Assembly (NCBI GenBank): GCA_037133835.1
Contig: JBAXNI010000001.1
Location: 1 to 55,177, forward strand
Source: Comamonadaceae bacterium
GTDB taxonomy: Bacteria > Pseudomonadota > Gammaproteobacteria > Burkholderiales > Burkholderiaceae_C
Direction of reading: 5' to 3'
DNA length: 55,177 nucleotides
Shown here: positions 43,334 to 53,381 of the stretch, one piece after another
Position numbering within the stretch: the stretch's first letter is position 1
How the letters are laid out: each line of letters opens with the position of its first letter
Notes under the pieces: model-generated
Databases searched by the model: none
Told to the model about the DNA's origin: nothing
What the model saw: only the letters and a program-made list of their open reading frames with translations
Position numbers and translations under genes: made by a program

Positions 43334-44793
43334 GTCCTGTGCAAAGAATTGACTTCTGTTTGCGCCACGCTTTGTACGGCATAGAGGCAACGCGCCGGAT
43401 GGAAACGCTGGCACAGACCGGCTTGCCACCGCATACATTGATGCAAAGAGCGGGACTGGCGCTGGCTCAACTTTCAATGGCCATTGCGCCGCACAGCAGG
43501 CGCATATGGGTTGCCTGTGGCGCTGGCAACAATGGTGGCGACGGACTTGAGGCGGCGGCACATCTCTCGAAATGGGGCAAGTCAGCGGTTGTTAACTGGC
43601 TTGGCGCGCCTGACACCGTGCCAACGGATGCAGCAGCGTCCTATCGGCGCGCTCGCGCAGCAGGAGCCCAGTTCGCCGAGTCACCTCCATCCGATTTTGA
43701 TTTTTGTATCGATGCCCTGTTGGGTGTTGGCGCCAACCGTCCTCCGGACGGACTCATGGCGGACTGGATCAAGAGAATCAATGCGAGCAGTGCGATGGTT
43801 CTGGCAGTAGATATGCCAAGCGGACTGCACAGCGATACAGGTGCAGCGATGCAGCACTGTGTCAAGGCTGATCACACACTGAGCCTGCTCGCGCTCAAGC
43901 CAGGCCTTTTCACGGCCGACGGGAAAGACCACGCAGGAGTGGTCTGGCTGGACGACCTTGCCGCCAGCAAAGTCCGCTGTGCCGACGAAAACCTCGTGGC
44001 ACCTGATGCATGGCTGCCGGGTGCGCCAGTTCAGACACGGCGCATTCACGCGTCACACAAGGGAAGCTATGGCGATGTCGCTGTAGTTGGTGGTGCGTCG
44101 GGAATGACGGGTGCAGCCCTGCTCGCGGCATCAGCCGCGCTTCACAGCGGCGCCGGCAGGGTATTTGTAGGCCTGCTTCAACCGGGCGCCGCAACCGTCG
44201 ACACTCAGCTGCCCGAATTGATGTTCAGGTCGATAGAATCCCTCGATTTCAGATTGATGACTGTCGTAGCTGGCTGTGGCGGCGGCGACGCCATCCTCGA
44301 TTCACTGGCAAGGATACTGTCGACCTCTGCTCGCCTCGTGATTGATGCAGACGCCATCAACGCGATCTCCAACGACACGCAGTTGCAGACACTTTTACGT
44401 CAGCGCGCCAGTCGCCAACAGAGCACGGTTCTTACGCCACACCCGCTTGAAGCAGCTCGATTGATGGGCGGCAATGCAGAGCAGGTGCAAAACGATCGAC
44501 TGCGAACTGTCGGAGCACTGGTGCAGCGCTTTGGCTGCACGGTCGTACTGAAGGGCTCGGGCACAGTTATCTCTGCGCCTGGACAGACGCCGGTCATCAA
44601 TCCAACAGGAAATGGCAGACTGGCGACTGCGGGCACTGGTGACGTGCTGGCCGGCATGATTGGTGCAGGCCTGGCTGCGCATAAATCATCGTTTATGGCG
44701 GCCTGTGAAGCCGTCTATCGGCATGGTCTGCGTGCCGACCTGTGGCCCGTGGACACGCCGTTGACAGCACGTTCACTTTCGCAGGCTGGCTAG
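43330..44793 (+). CDS. nnr: Bifunctional NAD(P)H-hydrate epimerase/dehydratase
   Basis: YjeF_N (LMQRAG, GAGNNGGDG, DALLG, DMPSG) fused to YjeF_C (HKGSYG, DADA, TPHPLEAARL, LATAGTGDVLAG); start uncertain. Confidence 0.92.
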   Translation: MSPVQRIDFCLRHALYGIEATRRMETLAQTGLPPHTLMQRAGLALAQLSMAIAPHSRRIWVACGAGNNGGDGLEAAAHLSKWGKSAVVNWLGAPDTVPTDAAASYRRARAAGAQFAESPPSDFDFCIDALLGVGANRPPDGLMADWIKRINASSAMVLAVDMPSGLHSDTGAAMQHCVKADHTLSLLALKPGLFTADGKDHAGVVWLDDLAASKVRCADENLVAPDAWLPGAPVQTRRIHASHKGSYGDVAVVGGASGMTGAALLAASAALHSGAGRVFVGLLQPGAATVDTQLPELMFRSIESLDFRLMTVVAGCGGGDAILDSLARILSTSARLVIDADAINAISNDTQLQTLLRQRASRQQSTVLTPHPLEAARLMGGNAEQVQNDRLRTVGALVQRFGCTVVLKGSGTVISAPGQTPVINPTGNGRLATAGTGDVLAGMIGAGLAAHKSSFMAACEAVYRHGLRADLWPVDTPLTARSLSQAG

Positions 44794-44845
44794 ACGCATC
44801 GGCAGAAGCAGCCAGCACAGTTGCTGCCAATCGACTTCGACAATT

Positions 44846-45628
44846 TCAACCCCGCCCGGCAAACGGCATTTTGGTCGCCATGACCGTGTGGAACATCACA
44901 TTCGCTTCAAGGGGCAAGTTGGCCATGTAGAGCACGGATTGACCCACAATGTTGACGTCCATGACAGGCTCAATCGCTATCTCGCCATTGGCCTGCTCGA
45001 TACCAGACGTCATGCGCTGGACCATCTCTGTAGCGGCATTGCCCACATCAATTTGCCCGACCGCAATATCGTGGTTGCGCCCATCCAGGGAAGCGGCCTT
45101 GGTCATCCCCATGACCGCATGCTTGGTCGCGGTGTAAGCGATCGAGTTCGGACGAGGTGTGGTTGCGGAAATGGAACCATTGTTGATGATCCGCCCACCA
45201 CGCGGTGTTTGCGACTTCATTACCCTGAAAGCCTGCTGTAGACAAAGAAACATGCCCGTCAGATTGATATCAACGACGTACTTCCACTGTGCCAGGGTCA
45301 AGTCTTCAAGGGCGATCGCAGGTGCACCAACGCCGGCATTATTGAACAACACATCGACCCGACCAAACCGGGCAACCGTCGCTTCGAACAGGGCTCTAAC
45401 CGAGTCCGGATCGGACACATCCGTCGGCACAACCAGGCAATTCTCAGGATTTTCGCCGCGAACCAGCACCTCGGTCAGTGGTTCGGGGCGTCGTCCAGCG
45501 AGGACCACCCGATATCCATCCTTGATCAACGCCAATGCGGCCGCTCTTCCAATACCGGTCCCTGCCCCGGTCACTACCGCCACTCTTGAACTTGGATTCA
45601 TGACTTTTCTAAAAAGTGATTGACTCAC
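44846..45628 (-). CDS. Short-chain dehydrogenase/reductase
   Basis: [22 protein letters not shown]. Start 45628 (ATGA overlap with rnr stop) or 45601. Confidence 0.9.
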   Translation of the reverse strand: MSQSLFRKVMNPSSRVAVVTGAGTGIGRAAALALIKDGYRVVLAGRRPEPLTEVLVRGENPENCLVVPTDVSDPDSVRALFEATVARFGRVDVLFNNAGVGAPAIALEDLTLAQWKYVVDINLTGMFLCLQQAFRVMKSQTPRGGRIINNGSISATTPRPNSIAYTATKHAVMGMTKAASLDGRNHDIAVGQIDVGNAATEMVQRMTSGIEQANGEIAIEPVMDVNIVGQSVLYMANLPLEANVMFHTVMATKMPFAGRG

Positions 45629-47940
45629 GACCGACGACGTGATTTACGGCCCTTGTCCTTGCCCTTTGCGCCGACTGACCTGGCACCCGCTGTTGACGCC
45701 TTGACGGCGGACTTTGACTCTCGCCCCAGCGGTTCCGAAATCTTTCGGGCTGGCCGCTTGGTGCCGGGCCTGTCGGATTGGTCGCTCCTGTCGACCGGGC
45801 CTCGTTCCACTCGCAGCGATTCCTTGTCCTTCATCGCCCGCGCCACCACGCCGTCGCCTTCATGCACCAAGAGAAAGTCAATTCGACGACCATCAAGATC
45901 AACTCGGCTGACCTGCACTTTAACGCGCGAGCCGATCCCATACCGCATGCCGGTTCGCTCGCCCCGCAATTCCTGCCGTGCTTCGTCAAAACGATAGTAC
46001 TCACCACCCAACTCGGTGATGTGCACCAATCCCTCCACATACATGGAATCCAGTGTGACAAATATTCCGAAACTTGTCACCGAACTCACTACGCCCGTGT
46101 ATTCCTCGCCAAGGTGCTCACGCATGTACTTGCATTTCAGCCAGGCCTCGACATCCCGACTGGCCTCATCGGCGCGCCGTTCGTTGGCACTGCAATGCAG
46201 ACCCGCGGCCAGCCAGCCCTGTGTTTCTTGACTCAGCTTCTTCGACTTTTGTCCCGGTTCAGCGGCACGGGCAGCCAATCCTTTTTCAAGCCGCCGTGTC
46301 AACTTGGCGTGCGCTTCGCCAGGAATCGGAAGTTCCGGGAGCTGGTACTTTGTCCTCCCCAGGATGGCTTTGATGACCCGGTGGACCAGCAAATCAGGAT
46401 AACGTCGAATCGGGCTTGTGAAATGGGTGTAAGCATCAAACGCCAAACCAAAGTGCCCCTTGTTGACGGGCGTGTAAATTGCCTGCTGCATGGAGCGCAA
46501 CAGCATGGAATGAATCTGCTGCGCATCCGGTCTGTCCTTCGTGGCGGCGGCGATGGCTTGAAATTCGCCCGGGCTGGGGCTGTCGCCGATCGACAACGCG
46601 ATACCAGTCGCCTTCAGATAATTGCGTAGAAGTTCGATCTTTTCTGGTGTCGGGCCTTCATGCACCCGAAACAAACCAGCGTGTTTGCTTTGACCAATAT
46701 AGTCAGCGCTGCAGACATTGGCAGCCAACATGGCTTCTTCAATCAGTTTGTGCGCATCGTTACGCGTGCGCGGCACAATTTTTTCAATACGCCCGGTTTC
46801 GTCACAGACAATCTGTGTCTCAACGGTCTCAAAGTCGACAGCTCCGCGGCGCACGCGAGACTTATGCAGTGCTTGATAGACGTCATGCAGGTTGATCAAA
46901 TCCGTCACCCTGTCCTGTTGCTTCGACGCCTCGAGCCCGCGCGTATTTGCCAGGATTGCGGCCACTTCCGTGTAGGTGAAACGCGCGTGACTCCAGATAA
47001 CGGCCGGATAGAACTGGTAAGCAGAAACCTCGCCTTCAACGCTCACCATCATGTCGCACACCATGCACAAGCGTTCCACTTCCGGGTTGAGCGAGCACAA
47101 GCCATTTGACAGCTTTTCGGGCAACATCGGAATCACACGGCGCGGAAAGTAGACGCTGGTCGCGCGGTCATAGGCCTCCACATCGATTGGAGATCCGTTT
47201 TCGACATAGTGACTGACGTCAGCAATCGCCACCAGCAAGCGCCAACCTTGCACAGCCGACTTCCCCTTGCCAATCTTCACCGGTTCACAATAGACAGCAT
47301 CATCGAAATCACGCGCGTCTTCGCCATCGATCGTGACCAGTGGCACATCCGTCAAATCCACCCGGTGCAATTTGTCGCCGGCGCGGACCTTATCGGGCAG
47401 CGTGCGAGCCAGCGCAATACACGCAGCCGAGAACTCGTGCGGTACACCATACTTGCGCACGGCTATTTCAATCTCCATTCCGGGATCGTCAACTTCGCCA
47501 AGCACCTCCGTCACGCGGCCCACAGGCTGGCCATACAGCGAAGGCGCCTCGGTCAGTTCGACGACCACCACCTGACCAGCCTTTCCCGCTCCGGTTGCTG
47601 CTTTCGGAATCAATACGTCCTGACCGTAACGCTTGTCCTCCGGAACCATGATCCAGATGCCACTCTCCAGCAGCAGGCGACCAATGATTGAATCATTGGT
47701 GCGCTCGACGATTTCAAGCACGCGTCCCTCGGGTCGTCCCTTGCGATCGCTGCGCACAATCCGGACCCGGACGCGGTCCTTATGCAAAACAGCACGCATT
47801 TCGTTAGGCGGCAAATAAATATCGGACTCGCCGTCATCACGGGAAACAAATCCATGACCATCGCGATGACCTTGAACTGTTCCTTCAACTTCGTCCAGCA
47901 GGCCGCTGGTTTGGCTGGTATTTTTGATACAATCACTCAC
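45625..47940 (-). CDS. rnr: Ribonuclease R
   Basis: GHRDGHGF cold-shock domain, [13 protein letters not shown] catalytic motif, [13 protein letters not shown]1 domain, basic tail. Start set at the in-frame GTG 47940 because the ORF-track start lies inside the tRNA. Confidence 0.95.
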   Translation of the reverse strand: MSDCIKNTSQTSGLLDEVEGTVQGHRDGHGFVSRDDGESDIYLPPNEMRAVLHKDRVRVRIVRSDRKGRPEGRVLEIVERTNDSIIGRLLLESGIWIMVPEDKRYGQDVLIPKAATGAGKAGQVVVVELTEAPSLYGQPVGRVTEVLGEVDDPGMEIEIAVRKYGVPHEFSAACIALARTLPDKVRAGDKLHRVDLTDVPLVTIDGEDARDFDDAVYCEPVKIGKGKSAVQGWRLLVAIADVSHYVENGSPIDVEAYDRATSVYFPRRVIPMLPEKLSNGLCSLNPEVERLCMVCDMMVSVEGEVSAYQFYPAVIWSHARFTYTEVAAILANTRGLEASKQQDRVTDLINLHDVYQALHKSRVRRGAVDFETVETQIVCDETGRIEKIVPRTRNDAHKLIEEAMLAANVCSADYIGQSKHAGLFRVHEGPTPEKIELLRNYLKATGIALSIGDSPSPGEFQAIAAATKDRPDAQQIHSMLLRSMQQAIYTPVNKGHFGLAFDAYTHFTSPIRRYPDLLVHRVIKAILGRTKYQLPELPIPGEAHAKLTRRLEKGLAARAAEPGQKSKKLSQETQGWLAAGLHCSANERRADEASRDVEAWLKCKYMREHLGEEYTGVVSSVTSFGIFVTLDSMYVEGLVHITELGGEYYRFDEARQELRGERTGMRYGIGSRVKVQVSRVDLDGRRIDFLLVHEGDGVVARAMKDKESLRVERGPVDRSDQSDRPGTKRPARKISEPLGRESKSAVKASTAGARSVGAKGKDKGRKSRRRS
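47925..47933 (+). promoter_or_regulatory. Extended -10 (TGATACAAT) for tRNA-Leu
   Basis: TGnTACAAT 18 nt upstream of the tRNA, inside the first codons of rnr. Confidence 0.6.
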
Positions 47941-47951
47941 TTTCCTGAGAT

Positions 47952-48036
<85 letters not shown>

Positions 48037-48092
48037 ATATAATGTAAATCCGGCGGCCCTTGAATGGACTGTCGGAATGTTTTTTCATAGCG

Positions 48093-48119
48093 AGCCGCTT
48101 GACTTCAAGCGGCTTTTTT
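48093..48119 (+). terminator. Intrinsic terminator after tRNA-Leu
   Basis: AGCCGCTTG-ACTT-CAAGCGGCT followed by a T-run; a weaker G-U-rich hairpin with T-run precedes it (48049-48085). Confidence 0.8.
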
Positions 48120-48151
48120 GTTGATCTGAACCCTGAAATATCAGCATCACG

Positions 48152-49546
48152 CTAGATGGGCTGAGCAACAAGGTCGTGCCCTTCGGTGCCGACCACCCTG
48201 GCTCTGGTAAATTCACCCACTTTCAGGGTCTTGCTGATTTTTTCTGGCGGCAACAACATTACCGCACCATCAATCTCGGGAGCATCTGCGTAGCTTCGCC
48301 CAACCCCGCCTTTCTTGCCAAGGGCGGATGCCGAGTCCACCATCACTTGCATGATGGATCCAACGCGCTGTTTCAATTTCGCAGCAGAGACCGCCTCAGC
48401 GACTGCCATAAAACGAACGCGTCGTTCCTCTCTTACTTCGGGCGCAAGCATACCTGGGAGGTCGTTCGCAACGGCGCCCTGCACAGGGCTATAGGCAAAA
48501 CAGCCGGCTCGATCAATTTTTGCCTCCTGTATAAACGCCAACAAGTCGGAAAACTCTTCCTCGGTCTCTCCCGGAAAGCCGGCTATAAAAGTGCTGCGTA
48601 CAACAATCTGAGGACAAACCTCACGCCAACGCTGAATGCGTTCGAGGTTTTTTTCACCGCTGGCCGGTCGCTTCATTCGTTTTAGGACAGCCGGGTGACT
48701 GTGCTGAAATGGGACATCCAGATAAGGCAGCACCGTGCCCGCAGCCATCAGCGGTATCAGTTCATCGACACTGGGATAGGGATAGACGTAGTGCAGACGC
48801 ACCCACGCCGAAAATGGCTCGGCCATCTTGCCAAGTGCCTGCACCAGTTCCAGCAATCGTGTTTTGACAGGCCGGCCCTCATGGAAGCCTGTTCGGTATT
48901 GAATATCGACCCCATAGGCCGAGGTATCCTGGCTGATTATCAACAGTTCCTTGACGCCACCTTCAAGCAAGGCACGTGCCTCCCGCAGCACGTCGCCGAT
49001 CGGTCGCGACACAAGATCGCCCCGCATCGAGGGGATGATGCAAAACGTGCAGCGATGGTTGCATCCCTCGCTGATCTTGATGTACGCATAGTGCCCGGGT
49101 GTGAGTTTCACCCCTGCGATTCCGAACGAGTTTGGAACCAGGTCCAGAAAAGGACGATGCGGTCTTGGCAAATGCACATGCACCGCATCCATCACCTCCC
49201 GCGTTGCCTGTGGACCCGTAACGGCCAGCACACTGGGATGCAACTGCCGCACCAGATTGACTCCGCCCTCCAGAGTCTTGGCCCCGAGGCAACCCGTCAC
49301 AACGACTTTGCCGTTTTCAGCCAATGCATCGCCGATCGCGTCCAGACTTTCCTTGACCGCATCGTCGATAAAGCCGCAGGTGTTCACGATAACCAGATCT
49401 GCACCTTCAAACGTCCTGCAAGTCTGGTACCCCTCGGCTGTAAGTTGCGTGAGAATCAGTTCGGAATCGGTGAGCGCCTTGGCGCAGCCGAGGCTGACGA
49501 AGCCAATCTTTGGTATGTGCTGTGTCCCGTCGGTAACTTCACTCAT
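48152..49546 (-). CDS. rimO: Ribosomal protein S12 methylthiotransferase
   Basis: FVSLGC.K...DSE, VNTCGFI, radical [12 protein letters not shown]-terminal TRAM domain (APEIDG). Confidence 0.96.
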   Translation of the reverse strand: MSEVTDGTQHIPKIGFVSLGCAKALTDSELILTQLTAEGYQTCRTFEGADLVIVNTCGFIDDAVKESLDAIGDALAENGKVVVTGCLGAKTLEGGVNLVRQLHPSVLAVTGPQATREVMDAVHVHLPRPHRPFLDLVPNSFGIAGVKLTPGHYAYIKISEGCNHRCTFCIIPSMRGDLVSRPIGDVLREARALLEGGVKELLIISQDTSAYGVDIQYRTGFHEGRPVKTRLLELVQALGKMAEPFSAWVRLHYVYPYPSVDELIPLMAAGTVLPYLDVPFQHSHPAVLKRMKRPASGEKNLERIQRWREVCPQIVVRSTFIAGFPGETEEEFSDLLAFIQEAKIDRAGCFAYSPVQGAVANDLPGMLAPEVREERRVRFMAVAEAVSAAKLKQRVGSIMQVMVDSASALGKKGGVGRSYADAPEIDGAVMLLPPEKISKTLKVGEFTRARVVGTEGHDLVAQPI

Positions 49547-49576
49547 CAACTCGATGCCCCTGCTTTCATTGCGCAA

Positions 49577-50110
49577 TCAACGCTTGATCCCGAAGGCACC
49601 CAGCATCTGACCTGTTTGCTTTTGCATTTGTTCCTGCATCTGAGACAACAAACTCCTCGACTGTTCCAGACTACCACCCATGATTCCCTGTAGCGCAGGC
49701 GATTCGACTGCGAGAAACTGGGTCCACATTTCCGGACTCAATCCCTTGGTTTGCTCGGCGAACTTGGCCTGAACTTCCATCAGGGCCTGCATGTTTTTTT
49801 CCAGATAGCCACCCATAAAACCCTGCATTGCATTGCCGTAAAAACGGATCACGCTGGCCAACACCGGAGCCGTAAACATCGGCGACCCATTTGACTCCTC
49901 CTCAAGAATGATTTGAAGCAATATGCTGCGTGTGAGATCTTCACCTGACTTGACATCGCGTACGCAGAAGGATTCGTTTCCCATCACCAGTCGTTTGACT
50001 TCTGCCAAGGTGATGTAACTCGAAGTCGCCGTGTCATACAGTCTGCGATTCGGGTACTTCTTGATGACGCGCTGAGTCTCATTTGCGTCGGTACTCTTGT
50101 TGCTTTGCAT
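49577..50110 (-). CDS. phaR: Polyhydroxyalkanoate synthesis repressor
   Basis: IKKYPNRRLYDT..SSYITL, GEDLTRSILLQIILEEE, IRFYG.AMQG. Confidence 0.94.
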   Translation of the reverse strand: MQSNKSTDANETQRVIKKYPNRRLYDTATSSYITLAEVKRLVMGNESFCVRDVKSGEDLTRSILLQIILEEESNGSPMFTAPVLASVIRFYGNAMQGFMGGYLEKNMQALMEVQAKFAEQTKGLSPEMWTQFLAVESPALQGIMGGSLEQSRSLLSQMQEQMQKQTGQMLGAFGIKR

Positions 50111-50141
50111 GGGAACTCCAGTGGCCCTGATGAGGGCCAGT

Positions 50142-50166
50142 AAATGTATTGCACTGCAACACATTT
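50142..50166. promoter_or_regulatory. Palindromic operator upstream of phaR (likely PhaR autoregulatory site)
   Basis: AAATGTATTGCACTGCAACACATTT: 25-bp dyad, one mismatched pair, TGC-N3-GCA core of the kind reported for PhaR sites. Confidence 0.65.
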
Positions 50167-50227
50167 TAAGGAACACCCCCACGCAACGTCCCAAGGTTTA
50201 CCCTGAGATAACCTGAATAAGGGATTT

Positions 50228-50304
50228 TGGTAGGCGCGATTGGACTCGAACCAACGACCCCCACCATGTCAAGGTGGTGCTCTAACCAGCTGAGCTACGC
50301 GCCT
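50228..50304 (-). tRNA. tRNA-Val (GAC)
   Basis: 77 nt AGGCGCGTAGCTCAGCTGGTTAGAGCACCACC-TTGACAT-GGTGG...GGTTCGAGTCCAATCGCGCCTACCA; extended -10 TGCTATACT at 50334-50326. Confidence 0.97.
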
Positions 50305-50395
50305 AAGGATTGCCCGAGAAGGATGAGTATAGCAGCAAGCGCGCAAATGATCCGGCTGATCATATGGAGACACCGGCAAATACCGGATAAGTGAT

Positions 50396-50421
50396 AATTG
50401 ACGTTTACGTTAACGTCAATT
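50396..50421. promoter_or_regulatory. LiuR-type (MerR family) operator
   Basis: AATTGACGTT-TACGTT-AACGTCAATT: perfect 10-bp arms with repeated ACGT units, resembling the LiuR box, directly upstream of an acyl-CoA SDR. Confidence 0.7.
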
Positions 50422-50437
50422 ACTGTTGGAGATCAAG

Positions 50438-51196
50438 ATGGACATTTCAGGCAAGGTATTCATCGTTACGGGTGGCGCGTCGGGATTGGGCGAAGGCACC
50501 GCCCGACTGCTGGCCAGCAAAGGCGGTCAAGTATTGATTGCGGATATGCAAGTCGAAAAGGGAGAAGCCGTCGCGCGGCAGATTGGCGGTGCATTTGTCA
50601 AGTGCGATGTCAGCCAGGAAGGCGACGCCCAAGCCGTGGTGTCCAAGGCTGTGTCGATGGGCAAGTTGATGGGCCTGGTCAACTGCGCTGGCATCGCGCC
50701 AGCCGAGAAGACCGTCGGCAAGAACGGATCACACAGTCTTGGCGTTTTTAGCAAGTGCATTACCGTCAATTTGATAGGCAGCTTCAATATGATCCGTCTC
50801 GCAGCTGATGCCATGTGCAAGAACGCTCCCGAAGTAACTGGAGAGCGTGGCGTGATGATCTCCACTGCATCGGTAGCAGCTTATGACGGTCAGATTGGAC
50901 AGGCCGCCTACAGCGCATCCAAGGGCGGCATCGTCGGTATGACACTGCCGGTTGCACGGGACCTGGCGCGCAACGGAATTCGCAATATGACGATTGCCCC
51001 CGGAATCTTCGGGACACCCATGATGTTCGGAATGCCCAAGGAAGTGCAGGACTCATTGGCCGCTAGCGTACCTTTCCCTTCGCGCTTGGGTACACCACTG
51101 GACTACGCGAAGTTGGCCGTGCACATTTTTGAAAACGACATGCTCAACGGTGAAGTGATCCGTCTGGACGGCGCAATTCGACTGGCACCGCGCTAG
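50438..51196 (+). CDS. 3-hydroxyacyl-CoA dehydrogenase, HSD10-like SDR
   Basis: TGGASGLG, VNCAGI, ERGV.I.TASVAAYDGQIGQAAYSASKGG, MLNGEVIRLDGAIR. Confidence 0.92.
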   Translation: MDISGKVFIVTGGASGLGEGTARLLASKGGQVLIADMQVEKGEAVARQIGGAFVKCDVSQEGDAQAVVSKAVSMGKLMGLVNCAGIAPAEKTVGKNGSHSLGVFSKCITVNLIGSFNMIRLAADAMCKNAPEVTGERGVMISTASVAAYDGQIGQAAYSASKGGIVGMTLPVARDLARNGIRNMTIAPGIFGTPMMFGMPKEVQDSLAASVPFPSRLGTPLDYAKLAVHIFENDMLNGEVIRLDGAIRLAPR

Positions 51197-51258
51197 CAAC
51201 GCCGCGAGAGAAGCCGGCAAAGCGCAGCGGCTGGCGTGACTGCGCCACAATAGGCGCT

Positions 51259-53148
51259 GTGAGCATTCCGCAAACCTTCATTCAAGAACTGATAGCGCGC
51301 GCCGACGTGGTGGAGATCGTCGGGCGCTACGTGCAACTGAAAAAGGGCGGCGCCAACTTTAGTGGTTTATGCCCCTTTCATAGCGAAAAGTCGCCGTCCT
51401 TTTCGGTCAGCCCGACCAAACAGTTTTACCACTGCTTCGGTTGCGGCAAGAACGGCAACGCAATCGGCTTCCTGATGGACCATGCCGGTATGACTTTTGT
51501 CGAAGCCGTCAAAGACCTGGCACAGCAATATGGTTTGCAGGTACCCGAAGAAGACGCAAGTCCACAGGACCGGACGCGTGCCGCTGAACAGCGGCAAAAG
51601 CAGGTCACCTTGAGCGACGTGCTTGAAAAGGCTGCAGACGCTTACCGCAAACATCTCAAAGGCTCCACCAGAGCCGTCGACTATTTCAAGCGACGCGGCT
51701 TGTCCGGCGCCATTGCTCGGCAATTCGGGCTAGGCTACGCTCCCGAAGGATGGCGCAGTCTCGCCAGCGTCTTCGCCAACTATGAAGATCCCTTGCTCGT
51801 CGAGAGCGGCTTGGTCATACTGAACGACGAAGCTGGCTCGGCGGAGAAGCGCTATGACCGTTTTCGGGATCGGGTCATGTTTCCGATCCGCAATATCAAG
51901 GGTGAATGCGTTGGTTTTGGCGGCCGCGTACTTGGCGACGACAAGCCGAAGTACCTAAATTCACCGGAGACACCAGTTTTCAGCAAAGGACGGGAACTGT
52001 ACGGCCTGTTTGAAGCGAAGGGCGCCCTGCGCGAACATGGCTATGCGCTGGTGACGGAAGGCTACATGGACGTTGTCGCACTCGCCCAACTCGGCTTTCC
52101 CAATGCCGTGGCAACGCTCGGGACGGCCTGCACAACCGAACACTTGCAAAAGTTGTTCCGATTTACCGACTCCGTCATCTTTGGTTTCGATGGTGATGAG
52201 GCCGGCCGCCGTGCGGCACGCAAAGCACTTGACGGCGCCCTGCCCTTCGCCAGCGACGTGCGCAGCGTCAAGTTTTTGTTTCTTCCGTCCGAGCACGACC
52301 CCGACAGTTTCATCCGAGAGTTTGGCAAAGAGGCCTTCGCACGATTCGTCAGCGAAGCAGTCCCCCTGAGCCGCTTCCTGATCGATACCGCCCGTGAGGG
52401 CTGTGATCTGAGCACCGCAGAGGGTCGCGCCCATCTGGCCAGTCGTGTCCAGCCGATGTGGATGTCCTTGCCCGATGGCGCCCTCAAGAGGCAGTTATTG
52501 ATAGAAATTGCTGACCATGTGAAACTGGCCAGCCGCGAATTGATTGATCTGTGGAATAGCAACTCCTATTCAAATCCGCACGGCAGTTCACAACGTCATC
52601 AGGGCGGAAAACGTTTCGGCAGCAGCCAACATCCGAGTCCAATGAAGGCTGCATCAGGACGCCCACGTCTGTCAGGTCGCACACTGCCAATCAGCCGCGC
52701 AGATCACGCCGCCCGATTGCTGCTGGGACACATGGCGGCACTGGACCTCCTGTCGGCAGAGGACCACTCCATGCTTTGCGGGTTGCCCGATCCCCACGGT
52801 GCATTGTTTGTCTGGCTGGAAGGTCAGTTGCATGAGCACGGCGCACAGCCGTGGGTCGCGCTGCGCGAAGGATTGCGGGGGCACGAGCAGGAGCAGTTGG
52901 CAGTCCAACTGATGACAGGCTACGAGCTTGGGCCACCCGAAGAAGCCAACGCCACACTTGCCGAATTACGTAATCTTCTGAACCGAATGCTGGTTGAACG
53001 CCTGAAGGTTCAGGAAACGCAGGCTATTCTGGAGGCCAAGGCGGACCCATCTGCACTGCTTCGCTACCGCGAATTGCAGGCGCGCCGGCGTCAAATGGAC
53101 GCGAACCTGTCCGTAGTACCAGATCAGGCGGATCCATCATCGGACTAA
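51259..53148 (+). CDS. dnaG: DNA primase
   Basis: Zinc finger CPFHSEKSPSF...CFGC, FRDRVMFPI, KYLNSPET, TOPRIM EGYMDV/FDGDEAG, DPD. Confidence 0.98.
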   Translation: MSIPQTFIQELIARADVVEIVGRYVQLKKGGANFSGLCPFHSEKSPSFSVSPTKQFYHCFGCGKNGNAIGFLMDHAGMTFVEAVKDLAQQYGLQVPEEDASPQDRTRAAEQRQKQVTLSDVLEKAADAYRKHLKGSTRAVDYFKRRGLSGAIARQFGLGYAPEGWRSLASVFANYEDPLLVESGLVILNDEAGSAEKRYDRFRDRVMFPIRNIKGECVGFGGRVLGDDKPKYLNSPETPVFSKGRELYGLFEAKGALREHGYALVTEGYMDVVALAQLGFPNAVATLGTACTTEHLQKLFRFTDSVIFGFDGDEAGRRAARKALDGALPFASDVRSVKFLFLPSEHDPDSFIREFGKEAFARFVSEAVPLSRFLIDTAREGCDLSTAEGRAHLASRVQPMWMSLPDGALKRQLLIEIADHVKLASRELIDLWNSNSYSNPHGSSQRHQGGKRFGSSQHPSPMKAASGRPRLSGRTLPISRADHAARLLLGHMAALDLLSAEDHSMLCGLPDPHGALFVWLEGQLHEHGAQPWVALREGLRGHEQEQLAVQLMTGYELGPPEEANATLAELRNLLNRMLVERLKVQETQAILEAKADPSALLRYRELQARRRQMDANLSVVPDQADPSSD

Positions 53149-53149
53149 T

Positions 53150-53158
53150 TGGTATAAT
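53150..53158 (+). promoter_or_regulatory. Extended -10 promoter for rpoD
   Basis: Perfect TGGTATAAT immediately after the dnaG stop. Confidence 0.7.
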
Positions 53159-53381
53159 CCAGCCGTCAATTCTCGGCAAGAGCGACAGCAGCACCTCCGG
53201 CCCGGCCAACCGCTGACATGGTTCACAACTGGCCCTTTTTCGCAAGGACTGCACACCAAATGTTCGCCCGCACATCTTGCCTTCAGGAGCGTTTTTCGCT
53301 GCCGCACAGGCAACGTCCGGCATATTGGGCGTTGACTGGGTTTGTTGAATGCGTCTATTTTCGAAATTCTGAGGTTCTTTC

